From IMG/VR virus record IMGVR_UViG_3300031721_000685, positions 1 to 64,000 of that record: a DNA stretch of 64,000 nt. One strand, 5' to 3'. A program made the translations under genes and the position numbers. Numbering within the stretch: the first letter of the stretch is position 1; every line of letters starts with the position of its first letter. The notes beneath the pieces are model-generated. The model was not told the DNA's origin, ran no database searches, and saw only the letters and a list, made by a program, of their open reading frames with translations. The stretch comes from a virus. This document shows, in pieces, positions 9,364-18,763 of the stretch.

Positions 9364-10364
9364 ATTCTTTTCCAAGTGATTAATTTCATTTCGGCTTCAA
9401 GACCGCTATATGAATTACTATCTATAATGAGTTGAATGTCAGCAGATTTCATACCACTGATTATCATATCGTTTATATCTTTACCAGGAGTGTCTGGCCA
9501 GAAGCATACTTTATATCCCTCTTTGACACACTTATTCATCTTCTCAACGATTTGTTTATTTCTCGGTTCGTTGTCGAACACGATAGTAGCATTCTCAGTA
9601 CGCATCAAGCTTTTAAATGATGAACCAGCCATAGCAATAGAATTATCAAGGAACAAACTATCAATTGGTCCTTCAACGACTGAATATTTACTGTTATAGT
9701 CTAAATCATGTAGACCGTATACCTTTTCTTTGTTTTCATCTAGCATTATAGTTATATATCTTATTTCAGTCGAACCAAACGCTCGACCTTGAAATCCAAA
9801 TACGCTCCCACGCTGATCTATAAATGGTAGTATGAGACGAGAATGTTCTTTCATCTCCAGCTTACCAGGCACGAGCGAATTTACCCAATCAACAAACTTG
9901 GGAGCGTAGTATAGTTTATAATGTTTATTTGTGGGGATTTTTCGTGATTCAACATACACCCGTGCTTTGTGATTAGGCATGAGTTGTGAAATCTTTTTGA
10001 TTTTGAGGAGAGGAGAACCACGCTTGCGAAACTTCGGCGTCTTGAAGTTTAATGCTGTAGGTTCTTTCTTCTTAGTCGATAGTTTTTCTAAACCATGCTC
10101 AGAAACATAGTCGTTATATAGCATAGTATCAACTAACTTTAGGAAGTATTTAAGATTATGACTTGCGTTGCAGTTATGACAATAGAATATAGTCAGTTCA
10201 TGACTTTTTTCGAGTATCCAACCACGAGCCTTACTCTTAGATTTCTGGGAATCACCACATATAGGACAACGACAGTTGACCCTGTATGGATGAGTAGACT
10301 TTACGCTGAATCTCTCTAGTCTATTTGACAAGAGATTAGCAAACTTCATATCAATAGGATTCAT
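9360..10364 (-). CDS. gp61: DNA primase
   Basis: CPICGDS...CHNC zinc finger; VEGPIDSLF and FDNEPRN TOPRIM motifs; KDINDM. Confidence 0.95.
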   Translation of the reverse strand: MNPIDMKFANLLSNRLERFSVKSTHPYRVNCRCPICGDSQKSKSKARGWILEKSHELTIFYCHNCNASHNLKYFLKLVDTMLYNDYVSEHGLEKLSTKKKEPTALNFKTPKFRKRGSPLLKIKKISQLMPNHKARVYVESRKIPTNKHYKLYYAPKFVDWVNSLVPGKLEMKEHSRLILPFIDQRGSVFGFQGRAFGSTEIRYITIMLDENKEKVYGLHDLDYNSKYSVVEGPIDSLFLDNSIAMAGSSFKSLMRTENATIVFDNEPRNKQIVEKMNKCVKEGYKVCFWPDTPGKDINDMIISGMKSADIQLIIDSNSYSGLEAEMKLITWKRI

Positions 10365-10406
10365 TCGTTCTTCCTTACGTCACTTACATCATAAGCTATA
10401 ATAGCT

Positions 10407-10434
10407 ATTATACAGTGTTTGTAAGAAATGTCAA
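10407..10434 (-). promoter_or_regulatory. Sigma70-like promoter of primase-nrd operon
   Basis: TTGACA-16bp-TATAAT with TG before the -10. Confidence 0.75.
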
Positions 10435-10435
10435 C

Positions 10436-10852
10436 CTAAAACATAGCAGAAATATCAATCTTGGACATTAAAAATCCTATAGCAGCAGCAGAGGCGATTA
10501 CACCATACTTCCATTTTTCAAGCATGGTGATACGATTCTCGTGCTTCTCGAACATTGTTCTGACAGCTTTAAACTCTCCCACGATAGAATCGTAATTGCG
10601 CTCCATCGTGTGATTGAGGTCATCACGCAATTCTGAAATTCTCTTATGAGTAATGCCGATGCTTTCATCTTGATTTTCAAGACGAGACTCATGCACAGCC
10701 AGTAGCTTTGAAATATGACTTGACATTTCAGTCATTTTTTCAATTGCTCTATCTAATCTATCGACTAGAAGTCTATTTGTTTCAACTGTAGTTTTGATAC
10801 TACTCACTTCACTTTGAAGTTTGTTGAGTTGAGTCTGGTTTTGATCCGTCAT
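10436..10852 (-). CDS. Coiled-coil protein with C-terminal TM helix (possible lysis-related)
   Basis: Heptad-rich body; WKYGVIASAAAIGFLM tail; follows the spanin-like pair. Confidence 0.6.
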   Translation of the reverse strand: MTDQNQTQLNKLQSEVSSIKTTVETNRLLVDRLDRAIEKMTEMSSHISKLLAVHESRLENQDESIGITHKRISELRDDLNHTMERNYDSIVGEFKAVRTMFEKHENRITMLEKWKYGVIASAAAIGFLMSKIDISAMF

Positions 10853-11219
10853 CTGCTGGTTTAATCGCTTTCTCGTAGTAAAGAATAACTTCCTTTTGTT
10901 GGCGAATATATCTCTCCAACTCAGATACGTTTAGTGCCAGATTCTGATAACCACGAATAGAGAAAGCGACAATAGCTAACTGGCCGTTCTCACCTCTAAA
11001 TTCTTCTAAGAATGCATCGATGTTCTTTTCGCTTACAACCCGGATATCAACGTCGTATAGTTCAATCGGCTTTGGTGGGGATGCTTCCTGAATCTGCTTT
11101 GACTGGTATTCTGTCTGCGTTATTATGGTTGCTGGCAGCTTTTTTCCTGTCGAGCATCCGCTGACGAACATCGTTACCGCTAAGAGACTCAATACGAGCC
11201 CAAACTTTTGTAGTTGCAT
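10809..11219 (-). CDS. Putative o-spanin (outer-membrane lipoprotein)
   Basis: Signal peptide with lipobox VSGC; overlaps the 3' end of the i-spanin-like gene. Confidence 0.65.
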   Translation of the reverse strand: MQLQKFGLVLSLLAVTMFVSGCSTGKKLPATIITQTEYQSKQIQEASPPKPIELYDVDIRVVSEKNIDAFLEEFRGENGQLAIVAFSIRGYQNLALNVSELERYIRQQKEVILYYEKAIKPADDGSKPDSTQQTSK

Positions 11220-11547
11220 TTTTCATCCTCTTTTCGAGATTATTTGGATCCCTCAATGCATCTTTTGATAAATCTCGCTTTGATAATACTTTTCGCAACT
11301 TATCCTGTTGTGCAGTAGCCTTAGTGAGGTTGCCTTGAAGTTCCTTATTCAACACTTGTTGCTGTTGAATGTCAGAATTCATTTGCTTGATTGTAGCCTG
11401 AGACGTTTCAACAGCTTGTTCTAGCTTTGCTTGATTCTCAGCATAGATAGCAAGTCGTTCTTGTGTGTCTTCATAATACATGAAACCGCCATAACCTACG
11501 CCACCCAGAACGCCCATAAGAACTAAGATTAAAATGAAAATAGGCAT
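11062..11547 (-). CDS. Putative i-spanin
   Basis: N-terminal TM followed by a long coiled coil. Confidence 0.65.
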   Translation of the reverse strand: MPIFILILVLMGVLGGVGYGGFMYYEDTQERLAIYAENQAKLEQAVETSQATIKQMNSDIQQQQVLNKELQGNLTKATAQQDKLRKVLSKRDLSKDALRDPNNLEKRMKNATTKVWARIESLSGNDVRQRMLDRKKAASNHNNADRIPVKADSGSIPTKAD

Positions 11548-11550
11548 ACG

Positions 11551-12042
11551 TTAACTCTCCTCAAACTCTTTTCGGCTCAGTTTCAACAATTTCTTCTGTG
11601 CTTTTTTAGACACAGGAGGAGAATCAGGTGGCAAACCAGCAACATTTCCACCACCAGAAGTATTGACAATCTCTTCAAAACGAAGGTTGATATCGTTTTC
11701 TTCTGAGAGTGTTGTATAGTGATTCATGAATCCTTCTTGAAGAACCTCGTCAGGAGTTTCATCTGTATAATTCTTACCTTCTTTGACAAGATACAACGCA
11801 GCAGCATATGACCCCAATCTTGTTTTACCACCTGGAATCTTCTCAATCAATCGTTTTAGTTTGAGAATCATTAGATCGTATAAACCAAAGGCATCTCGTT
11901 CTTTGATTGTGCGTAAATTCTTTCTACTCTTGAGTAGTTTACCACGCTCATCGATTATCCCAAGTTTATACGCTTGCCATTCGCTGAAAGGAGTGGCAAG
12001 TCTTTTAATCATGTTGTATACTAGAAATAAATCGACTATCAT
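11551..12042 (-). CDS. Conserved hypothetical (probable virion) protein
   Basis: PFSEWQAYKLGIIDERG...LKRLI...SYAAALYLVKE pattern of T4-like phages. Confidence 0.7.
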   Translation of the reverse strand: MIVDLFLVYNMIKRLATPFSEWQAYKLGIIDERGKLLKSRKNLRTIKERDAFGLYDLMILKLKRLIEKIPGGKTRLGSYAAALYLVKEGKNYTDETPDEVLQEGFMNHYTTLSEENDINLRFEEIVNTSGGGNVAGLPPDSPPVSKKAQKKLLKLSRKEFEES

Positions 12043-12416
12043 TAGATGTTCCTAATTTTCTCTATTACATGCTGATCCATACCAATGTCCGTATTTCGTT
12101 TTCGTTGTTTGTTATATACTACAAAATCTGGCATAAAGTTGAGTTTAAGAAGAAACGGCTTTAGAACTTTAGAGTGTTCTTCTAGTTTTAAAAATAATAT
12201 ATTAGTTGCTGCTAAACCAAAACAGTTATAGAGTACAATAATATGATTGAGTATTAGCCGTTCTTTTAACTCACCTGAATTATCATAACGATTGAAGAGT
12301 CGCTTGAGATATTGTATACGTTTCAAATCCTCCTCGAACTCTTCTTGACTAGTACACTGTGGATTATCATAGTACTTTGCTGCATATAGTAAAAATGTTT
12401 CGTCAGTTAGTTCCAT
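12042..12416 (-). CDS. Conserved hypothetical protein of T4-like phages
   Basis: YAAKYYDNPQC...EFEEDLKR...ERLILNHII. Confidence 0.75.
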   Translation of the reverse strand: MELTDETFLLYAAKYYDNPQCTSQEEFEEDLKRIQYLKRLFNRYDNSGELKERLILNHIIVLYNCFGLAATNILFLKLEEHSKVLKPFLLKLNFMPDFVVYNKQRKRNTDIGMDQHVIEKIRNI

Positions 12417-12449
12417 AATAAATCCACAGTGTTACAATGTTACAAAAAA

Positions 12450-13022
12450 TTAAGATACTGTAATTGTACCGGCTGCTGTTCCGATTGCTACTAGACTAGT
12501 AATAGTAGAGTTGGTAGCAGTGCCCTTGTCTTTAATAGTACCACTGTTTAGAGCAAGAGGATTGGCTACAACAGATACAACATCTGTTGCAAGTAGTTCA
12601 CCCGATGACCATATATGAGTAAACACAAGTTCGTTTGTACCCGTGCCAGAAGCATATGGTAGAACGATGTTGACACTAGTACTTGTACCAGCGCTATCGT
12701 TTGTTACAGTTAGCTGTGGCGTACCGCCAGTAGTAACAACATCAACTTCTTCATTGAACCGAACACGAACTGATAGAGCAGCGGCTGTTGCAGCAGCAAT
12801 GGCAGTTGTAATGAATTCGATTTCTGTAATGTCAGCGGCAGCAAGACTAACGTTCAACCCGCCAACACAGGCAAGAACTTCTGGTGCTGCGTCTGGATTA
12901 CCTGTTGATAGACCAGGCTCTGCTAGCCAACCTGCGGCTGTAGCATATACCTGCTTCTTTTCTGCGACTGTTAAATATTTTGGTTTTGCTTCGTCAGCGT
13001 CTGATGTACCCCAGAGTGCCAT
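12450..13022 (-). CDS. Putative virion decoration protein with Ig-like domain
   Basis: MALWG start; VRFNEEVDV..GGTPQLTV...YASGTGTNELVF resembles adhesin Ig-like repeats. Confidence 0.55.
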   Translation of the reverse strand: MALWGTSDADEAKPKYLTVAEKKQVYATAAGWLAEPGLSTGNPDAAPEVLACVGGLNVSLAAADITEIEFITTAIAAATAAALSVRVRFNEEVDVVTTGGTPQLTVTNDSAGTSTSVNIVLPYASGTGTNELVFTHIWSSGELLATDVVSVVANPLALNSGTIKDKGTATNSTITSLVAIGTAAGTITVS

Positions 13023-13051
13023 GGCGTGTTTCCTTTTTTGATTTTAATTAG

Positions 13052-13243
13052 TTACTTTTTGGCTTCTTGTTTAGCAATAGCCTTTGAGATTGCTCCCCGG
13101 CGCTTTTTAAGATATTTATCAGAAGAATCTACATCGCCATCGTTGTCGATATCAGCATCGTCTTGTCCAACAGGATCCATGCCATCGCCATCATCAGTCT
13201 TCTTACTGACCTTTGCAAATTTTTCATTCATATCTTTAGCCAT
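13052..13243 (-). CDS. Small protein with DxDxDG Ca-binding-like motif
   Basis: DPVGQDDADIDNDGDVDSSDKYLKKRR. Confidence 0.65.
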   Translation of the reverse strand: MAKDMNEKFAKVSKKTDDGDGMDPVGQDDADIDNDGDVDSSDKYLKKRRGAISKAIAKQEAKK

Positions 13244-13511
13244 CAGCATATTCCTCTATTTTAATTTTTAACCTATTCTTACCTTTATGAAGACGATGAA
13301 ACGTTTCTTTTGGTATATATAATGTATTTGTGCTATTTATAAGAAATGGTAAGTCATTATCATACTGAAACATCCAACCATCGCCTTCGACGACTTCTAT
13401 GAGCCTGTCTTTCTTGTCACGATGCCATTCAAGCTCATGCTCATTAGCACTATCATCAAACTCACGAAACCAAATATCACCGACTCTCTCACAATCTATA
13501 TATGGCTTCAT
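13236..13511 (-). CDS. Cupin-like small protein
   Basis: WHRD...IPKETFHRL. Confidence 0.6.
   Translation of the reverse strand: MKPYIDCERVGDIWFREFDDSANEHELEWHRDKKDRLIEVVEGDGWMFQYDNDLPFLINSTNTLYIPKETFHRLHKGKNRLKIKIEEYADG
13334..13341 (-). promoter_or_regulatory. T4-type late promoter
   Basis: TATAAATA inside the cupin-like gene, upstream of 13243. Confidence 0.5.
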
Positions 13512-13942
13512 AATATTATGCCCTTCTCAATCAACAGTTCTCTATTTTTCAAATGCCGATTTTCGATGTCATCTTTTGACTGGCCAAAATACGCAACGCC
13601 TATGTGATCACGAATCATTACTTTATGAAGAAACACCTCGCTATCTGTAAGACCGTCGTAAATTTTAAATTTTCCGAGTATCCTTCCAAACTTTCCTCTC
13701 GCATCATCCTTTTCTGTGACGAGCGTTTGGTAGGATTTGAGTGGTAAAAATTTCTTAACATAATCTTTAGCCAATAATCCATATTTTTTCTCAATCTTAT
13801 CACGAGTTCTAGATTCTGGTGTGTCAATACCAAACAGTCTAACTCTTTGATTTGCTAAAACGATATCAAAGCCAAGGTCGATATCAACGTCAACAGTATC
13901 GCCATCAATAATCTTGACCATCTTACATTTATATTCGTACAT
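13508..13942 (-). CDS. Thermonuclease (SNase-like)
   Basis: IDGDTVDV, RVRLFGIDTPE, GKFGRILG. Confidence 0.9.
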   Translation of the reverse strand: MYEYKCKMVKIIDGDTVDVDIDLGFDIVLANQRVRLFGIDTPESRTRDKIEKKYGLLAKDYVKKFLPLKSYQTLVTEKDDARGKFGRILGKFKIYDGLTDSEVFLHKVMIRDHIGVAYFGQSKDDIENRHLKNRELLIEKGIIL

Positions 13943-13945
13943 TTT

Positions 13946-14482
13946 TTACCACCATGAACTAGGATTGTCAACTTGCATACCAAGCATCTTAGCATATCGT
14001 GGTAGGCGACATGCCCAATACAATGCCTTTGTTTTATCGTTTCTCGTATCACATTTAAATCTAGCTGCAAATGACTTTCTAGCAGCAACGTTGTTAATTT
14101 TAACGTTAAGTCCTGTTGTGTCACCCCAAGTAACTTTCTTTATATTACCTGTAGATGGGTCTTTCACATACACATAGAACTTCTTTGGACCACCACGCTT
14201 TGGCTTATTCAGTTCTGGCTCAGCTTCTTCGACAAGAGGACAGTCAAGAGGAATTTCTTCCCCTTGATAATCTGCCATCTCGCCGAGATTAGTATCTAGA
14301 ATTTGAGCATCAAGCGGAGATACTTTCAGCGTACCGTCTTTATAGTAACGTCTTGCTTCACGAAAGAATTGAAAGTAACTTTCTGAAAGTGGACGATACA
14401 CATTATCTACGAATGAAACGTTATTCGCTTCCATAAACCACATAGCTTTCTCTACATCCACATATTGCTCAAATTTCATCAT
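13946..14482 (-). CDS. Conserved hypothetical, probable internal head protein
   Basis: MKFEQYV start; ELNKPKRGGPKKFYVYVK...ARKSFAARFKC...YWAC. Confidence 0.65.
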   Translation of the reverse strand: MMKFEQYVDVEKAMWFMEANNVSFVDNVYRPLSESYFQFFREARRYYKDGTLKVSPLDAQILDTNLGEMADYQGEEIPLDCPLVEEAEPELNKPKRGGPKKFYVYVKDPSTGNIKKVTWGDTTGLNVKINNVAARKSFAARFKCDTRNDKTKALYWACRLPRYAKMLGMQVDNPSSWW

Positions 14483-17001
14483 TGTCCTGGAGTATCCTTT
14501 TTATACTTTGCGTTCAACTCATCTGTGCCTTGCTCGCCTGCACCATACTCTTCTTCTACCATTTTAGCAAGCGCTCTGGGGTTTAGGTTAAGACTATATT
14601 TACGGATAACTTCTGCTGCCCAATAACCAACACTACGAGACCTGTCTTTGTCTCTTTCTTTTTTCACTAATTCAACAGCTTTTTTGTATTTGCCTTTGTT
14701 TAGCATAATGCCTAATTTGGATTCATCTACATCTAAAGATTCTACAACAGACGGCACAAATCCATCCTCTGCTTGTTGTTCCGAAAATTCAATAGTAAAC
14801 ATTGTATCGTTAATCATAGCATTAAACGATTCAATCACGCCCTCATGCTCAACTTCTTCATTACGAACTTTAGCTGCTTTTGCATCACGAATCCATTTTT
14901 TAGCTGCTGGCCTTTTGGGTTCTTTCTTGACCCATACTGCCATTCTTTTATATATAGCCATTGCAGCAGCATCAAAACGAACTTTAGCTGCTTTTGCATT
15001 CACCTCTTCTGAAGTGTCAATTACGATGAAGTTTCTCCCGAATTGGGTTTGGAAGCTTCCAATGTTGCGCTGTACAGCATTCCACATCTTCTCAACTTCA
15101 TCTTCTGGTAATGTGCGCTCACGGGCTTTGTTGCGAGCCTGTGCAGTTTTAAGGTCTGAGTTGACGAAAATCATTGCAGTATCATAACCGAGCAATTCTA
15201 ATTCGTCAGCTTGTTGTTTAATCTTACTGTAATTTTTACCAGTGCCATCAATGATAAGTCCTAAACGACCATTCAATGCGAGTTTTTGTTTTAGCCCTGT
15301 AAGTGCTACCGCACGACTACGAACTTTTTGACCTTTAGGTGAGAAAATATCTTCAGGCGTTGCTTTCAACCCAACCTTCTTCAGTAGTGCTTCGAACGCA
15401 TCATCAGAATTGACTAGCTTCAGCCCCAAAGCAGTCAATGCTGTTTTACCAACAACAAATGATTTACCTGATCCTGGACCACCTGCAAGAAATACAGCTT
15501 TGAAGATGGCTGGATCATATACGCCTTCATCAAGATCAAATTCTTCATTACGAACTTTAGCGGCTAAGTCAGCATCAGCTTTACCCCATGTACCCTTTCC
15601 TTTTGTAATGAAAGAGTTTACACGAGCATATGCCCACTGTTCTTGAAGAGCGCCTGGGCGATGACCAGTTCTCCAAGCAGCCATACCTCTATCATAGACC
15701 TTCTTGAGAATGCCATAAGAAATGCCAGACTTCTCTGCTTTCTTCTCTAATCCTGCAAGAGATTTTTCTACAATCACTTCTTCAAACATCTCGTTCAAAA
15801 CGTCATCGAGCATATAGTCCACTTCTTCGATGAGGCCCTTTTCATCAAGTTCGACTGGTGCTGCTCTGTTGACTCTATAGCGCTTAAATCTCTGGTCGTG
15901 CTTGACTACACCTTCTTTACCAAACATTTTATGATAGCGCTTTGTGTGCTTTGAAGTCTTTGTAACAGCATCTACACTCTCTTCTGCTGGTCCTTCTCTA
16001 ACCTTTGCGAGTCTTTCTTTCTCAGCTTTCTTTACAAGAGGTAGCAGTTTCTTAGCAATTTTACCAATCGCTGCCTTTTTCTTTTCAACTTGTTTATCAA
16101 CTGACATTCTCTCTGACGGAGACAGTTGATCGTAATTGACGCCCTTTTTACCAGCAACTTTCTTTCTAATGATTTGAATTGCTTTTTTACGAGCACGAAT
16201 TTTTAACTTCTCAGGTGATGCCATCTTCTTTGCAGCAATCCTGCGACCACGCATAATCTTAGATTTTGCTTTCTTAAAAGCCATCGCTCTCTTCTTACGA
16301 GCAGCAACACTGAGAACAGCTTCGAACATCAAGTCTTCGCCGAGTTCTAGTTCCATCTCTTCAGCAATCTTCATACCATCTCTGATTGCTTGAAATATCT
16401 TACTTGAAGAACTCTGTAGCTTCTTAGGAAGACCCGTTTTAAAGGCTCTCTCATCGCCGTCAGCAGCCGCAGCTCGCATCTTTGATGCTGACATACCTTC
16501 TGCGCCTTCAGCATCAGGGTCACGCTCACCAGCAGAGACGACTTCAATAGAGTCGAATGTGTATTCTTTACCGTTGTATTTGTTGAGTAGAGTTTCAAAC
16601 TCTGCAACTCTATCAGAGCCAGCAACCATAATGAGTTTTGTATGACCCATGTCTTCAAGCTCTTTAGCAACTTGCATAATTGTCTTTGAGCGAGACTTTG
16701 TGACCATACTACCAAAGGCTTTCTTTGCGATCGCAATCTTAGTAACATATGGCAATGGATTCTTCTTCGAATCATATGTTTGCGAAAGATAGAGATGTGG
16801 CATCGCATCATTTTGTGCTGCGATTGCGTTGATCTTAGCAACGACTTTTTCGTGCCCAATCGTAGGAGGGTTCATTCTTCCAAAAGAGAATACTGCTGTT
16901 GATGATACAGCTTCTTCTAACTTAGGATTAAGTTCAATCGTATTTTTTACGACAGCATCATTCTTCTTCTTGTCCTTTTTGGACTTCGTGTCGTCTTTCA
17001 T
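14479..17001 (-). CDS. Multidomain protein: cytidylyltransferase-like + basic helical + DUF5824-like + P-loop kinase
   Basis: FGRMNPPTIGH and MSASKMR; KSGISYGILKKVYDRGMAAW...QWAYARVNSF; GGPGSGKS, IIDGTG; acidic linkers between domains. Confidence 0.75.
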   Translation of the reverse strand: MKDDTKSKKDKKKNDAVVKNTIELNPKLEEAVSSTAVFSFGRMNPPTIGHEKVVAKINAIAAQNDAMPHLYLSQTYDSKKNPLPYVTKIAIAKKAFGSMVTKSRSKTIMQVAKELEDMGHTKLIMVAGSDRVAEFETLLNKYNGKEYTFDSIEVVSAGERDPDAEGAEGMSASKMRAAAADGDERAFKTGLPKKLQSSSSKIFQAIRDGMKIAEEMELELGEDLMFEAVLSVAARKKRAMAFKKAKSKIMRGRRIAAKKMASPEKLKIRARKKAIQIIRKKVAGKKGVNYDQLSPSERMSVDKQVEKKKAAIGKIAKKLLPLVKKAEKERLAKVREGPAEESVDAVTKTSKHTKRYHKMFGKEGVVKHDQRFKRYRVNRAAPVELDEKGLIEEVDYMLDDVLNEMFEEVIVEKSLAGLEKKAEKSGISYGILKKVYDRGMAAWRTGHRPGALQEQWAYARVNSFITKGKGTWGKADADLAAKVRNEEFDLDEGVYDPAIFKAVFLAGGPGSGKSFVVGKTALTALGLKLVNSDDAFEALLKKVGLKATPEDIFSPKGQKVRSRAVALTGLKQKLALNGRLGLIIDGTGKNYSKIKQQADELELLGYDTAMIFVNSDLKTAQARNKARERTLPEDEVEKMWNAVQRNIGSFQTQFGRNFIVIDTSEEVNAKAAKVRFDAAAMAIYKRMAVWVKKEPKRPAAKKWIRDAKAAKVRNEEVEHEGVIESFNAMINDTMFTIEFSEQQAEDGFVPSVVESLDVDESKLGIMLNKGKYKKAVELVKKERDKDRSRSVGYWAAEVIRKYSLNLNPRALAKMVEEEYGAGEQGTDELNAKYKKDTPGQ
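14854..15561. repeat. Exact direct repeats bounding the P-loop domain
   Basis: 21-bp TTCTTCATTACGAACTTTAGC at 14854-14874 and 15541-15561; 23-bp ACGAACTTTAGCTGCTTTTGCAT at 14863-14885 and 14977-14999. Confidence 0.9.
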
Positions 17002-17077
17002 TTTTCTCTCCAGGTTTTCCGTAGACTTGACTGGTCTATGATATATTGATTATTTAGTAGAATACTACGTTTATTTA

Positions 17078-17527
17078 TTATAATTTTTTTCTCAAAATTC
17101 CAAGAGTTTTAAATCCATCCTCTTTAGCTAAAATTGAATCATATCCACACAACTCTAAGAATGTGGCAAAGTCTTTGCTGTCATACCAAAACTTATCAAC
17201 TGATTGAACTTTATCTCCAAAGGCTTTTTTTAATTTGATATAAATTGGTTTCAATTTAGCTAAATCTGTATTTTTAGATTTTTCTTTCATAATCAAATTT
17301 AACAATTCTGTTATTTTCATTCTTTTTTCAGAATTTCCCACATCAAAAGTATTAGTAGGATTATAATCAATTGAATCTACTTCTGCATTTTTGCGATAAT
17401 AGGCATACCCATCAGCAACCTTTTTATCGTATGAGAACCAAACTATTGGCTTCTTACCGTAAAGAGTATCACCTTTATCAAATCCTCTATATAATTTTTT
17501 TTCATAAAATTGTTTGAAGCTTTTCAT
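17078..17527 (-). CDS. ADP-ribosyltransferase-like protein with capsid-targeting-like N-terminus
   Basis: MKSFKQFYE; LYRG, WFSYDKKVADGYA, GYDSI. Confidence 0.55.
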   Translation of the reverse strand: MKSFKQFYEKKLYRGFDKGDTLYGKKPIVWFSYDKKVADGYAYYRKNAEVDSIDYNPTNTFDVGNSEKRMKITELLNLIMKEKSKNTDLAKLKPIYIKLKKAFGDKVQSVDKFWYDSKDFATFLELCGYDSILAKEDGFKTLGILRKKL

Positions 17528-18753
17528 TTTTGCCAACCCTTTTGTACATCAGCAGAAAAGTTAGCATGGCTAAACTGAAGTCTATCAACTAGTTTTACAG
17601 CAGTGCCTTTCAACTTATCTACAGCAACGAAGCCTTCTTGACCTGTGACTTTGTATCCATCTTTCGTAGAGAGTAGTGTGTTGATTGTAGCTGCTTGGTC
17701 CATCTTCTTGATGATGATATCTTTGGCTTGAACAATCTTGTCCATTAGGTCGAAGATGAGTTTAATTTTTCTTTTATCAGTCTTTGTAAAGTATTCCATT
17801 ACAGATGTTTGACGACCACGAACCCCAGACTTGCCCTTTTCTGTCTTACGCTTACCTTCTTCTTTTCCAAAGTAATCCATAAGATACTGCATGAGGTCTT
17901 TCGTCAACTTCGTTGTATTACCCATTCTCTCACCGACACGAACTTTTGTGTTTAAGAATGTTTTTGTTCTCATAAGAAGTTCATCATTATCTGAGATGCC
18001 GTTGAGTGTAGCACGGTCAATCTTATTGAAAATCTTACCAGCGTCTGCTAGGATTGTTGTAATCGTAGCAGTCTCTTTTTCAGTCATCATTGCTTTGCCA
18101 GAAACGTCACGATATGCAGCATCAGTAGAGAATATACTAGATGTGTCTTTTAGATTTGATGCAATCTGCTTCGCAAAGCTAGCTTGCATTGTTTCAAATG
18201 AGTCACCCGTGTAAGTAGTATGCCATACGACGCCGATGCTGGCTCGTGCGATTTGGCGACCCAATGGAGTGTCTTTTGGTACAGCGTAAACAATGGTATT
18301 AGGATGAAAAGTAATATGCTTGACACCATTATAGGTAATGTCTTTCGTGTCACCTTTAGTAAAGAGCAGGTCGCCTTGAATGACGCCTGTGATACCAAGT
18401 TTCGGAAACTCTTGTAACGCAGTCTTGAGTTTATCTGCCAAATCCCCAGATGTATCGGCATCAACATCAGCTTCTGTTTTATATACCTTTGGGTTCTTGT
18501 TAAAGATACCCTTCTTGGCAACGAAAAATTTGTCATCATTTGGATCAATCCCTGCAAAAATGGCGGGCGAACCGTCCCATTTAACTGTAGCATCAACTGT
18601 AGTCTTCGCATCGCCTGAGAGCATATCACGAAGTGAGCGTAAAAAATTAATCGCTTCACGAGCGCCATCCACACCGCCATTGAGAACGTTGTCCTCAATA
18701 TGCTCCATGTGTGTATTCTTTTGTTCTATGAGGTAGGAGTTAAAGTTTTTCAT
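17524..18753 (-). CDS. DUF6267-like protein (nucleotidyltransferase/ligase-like), probable internal head protein
   Basis: MKNFNSYLIE; KNTHMEHIED, TVKWDGSPA, QGDLLF, EGFV, KLVDRLQFS. Confidence 0.7.
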   Translation of the reverse strand: MKNFNSYLIEQKNTHMEHIEDNVLNGGVDGAREAINFLRSLRDMLSGDAKTTVDATVKWDGSPAIFAGIDPNDDKFFVAKKGIFNKNPKVYKTEADVDADTSGDLADKLKTALQEFPKLGITGVIQGDLLFTKGDTKDITYNGVKHITFHPNTIVYAVPKDTPLGRQIARASIGVVWHTTYTGDSFETMQASFAKQIASNLKDTSSIFSTDAAYRDVSGKAMMTEKETATITTILADAGKIFNKIDRATLNGISDNDELLMRTKTFLNTKVRVGERMGNTTKLTKDLMQYLMDYFGKEEGKRKTEKGKSGVRGRQTSVMEYFTKTDKRKIKLIFDLMDKIVQAKDIIIKKMDQAATINTLLSTKDGYKVTGQEGFVAVDKLKGTAVKLVDRLQFSHANFSADVQKGWQK

Positions 18754-18763
18754 ATTACGTTCC

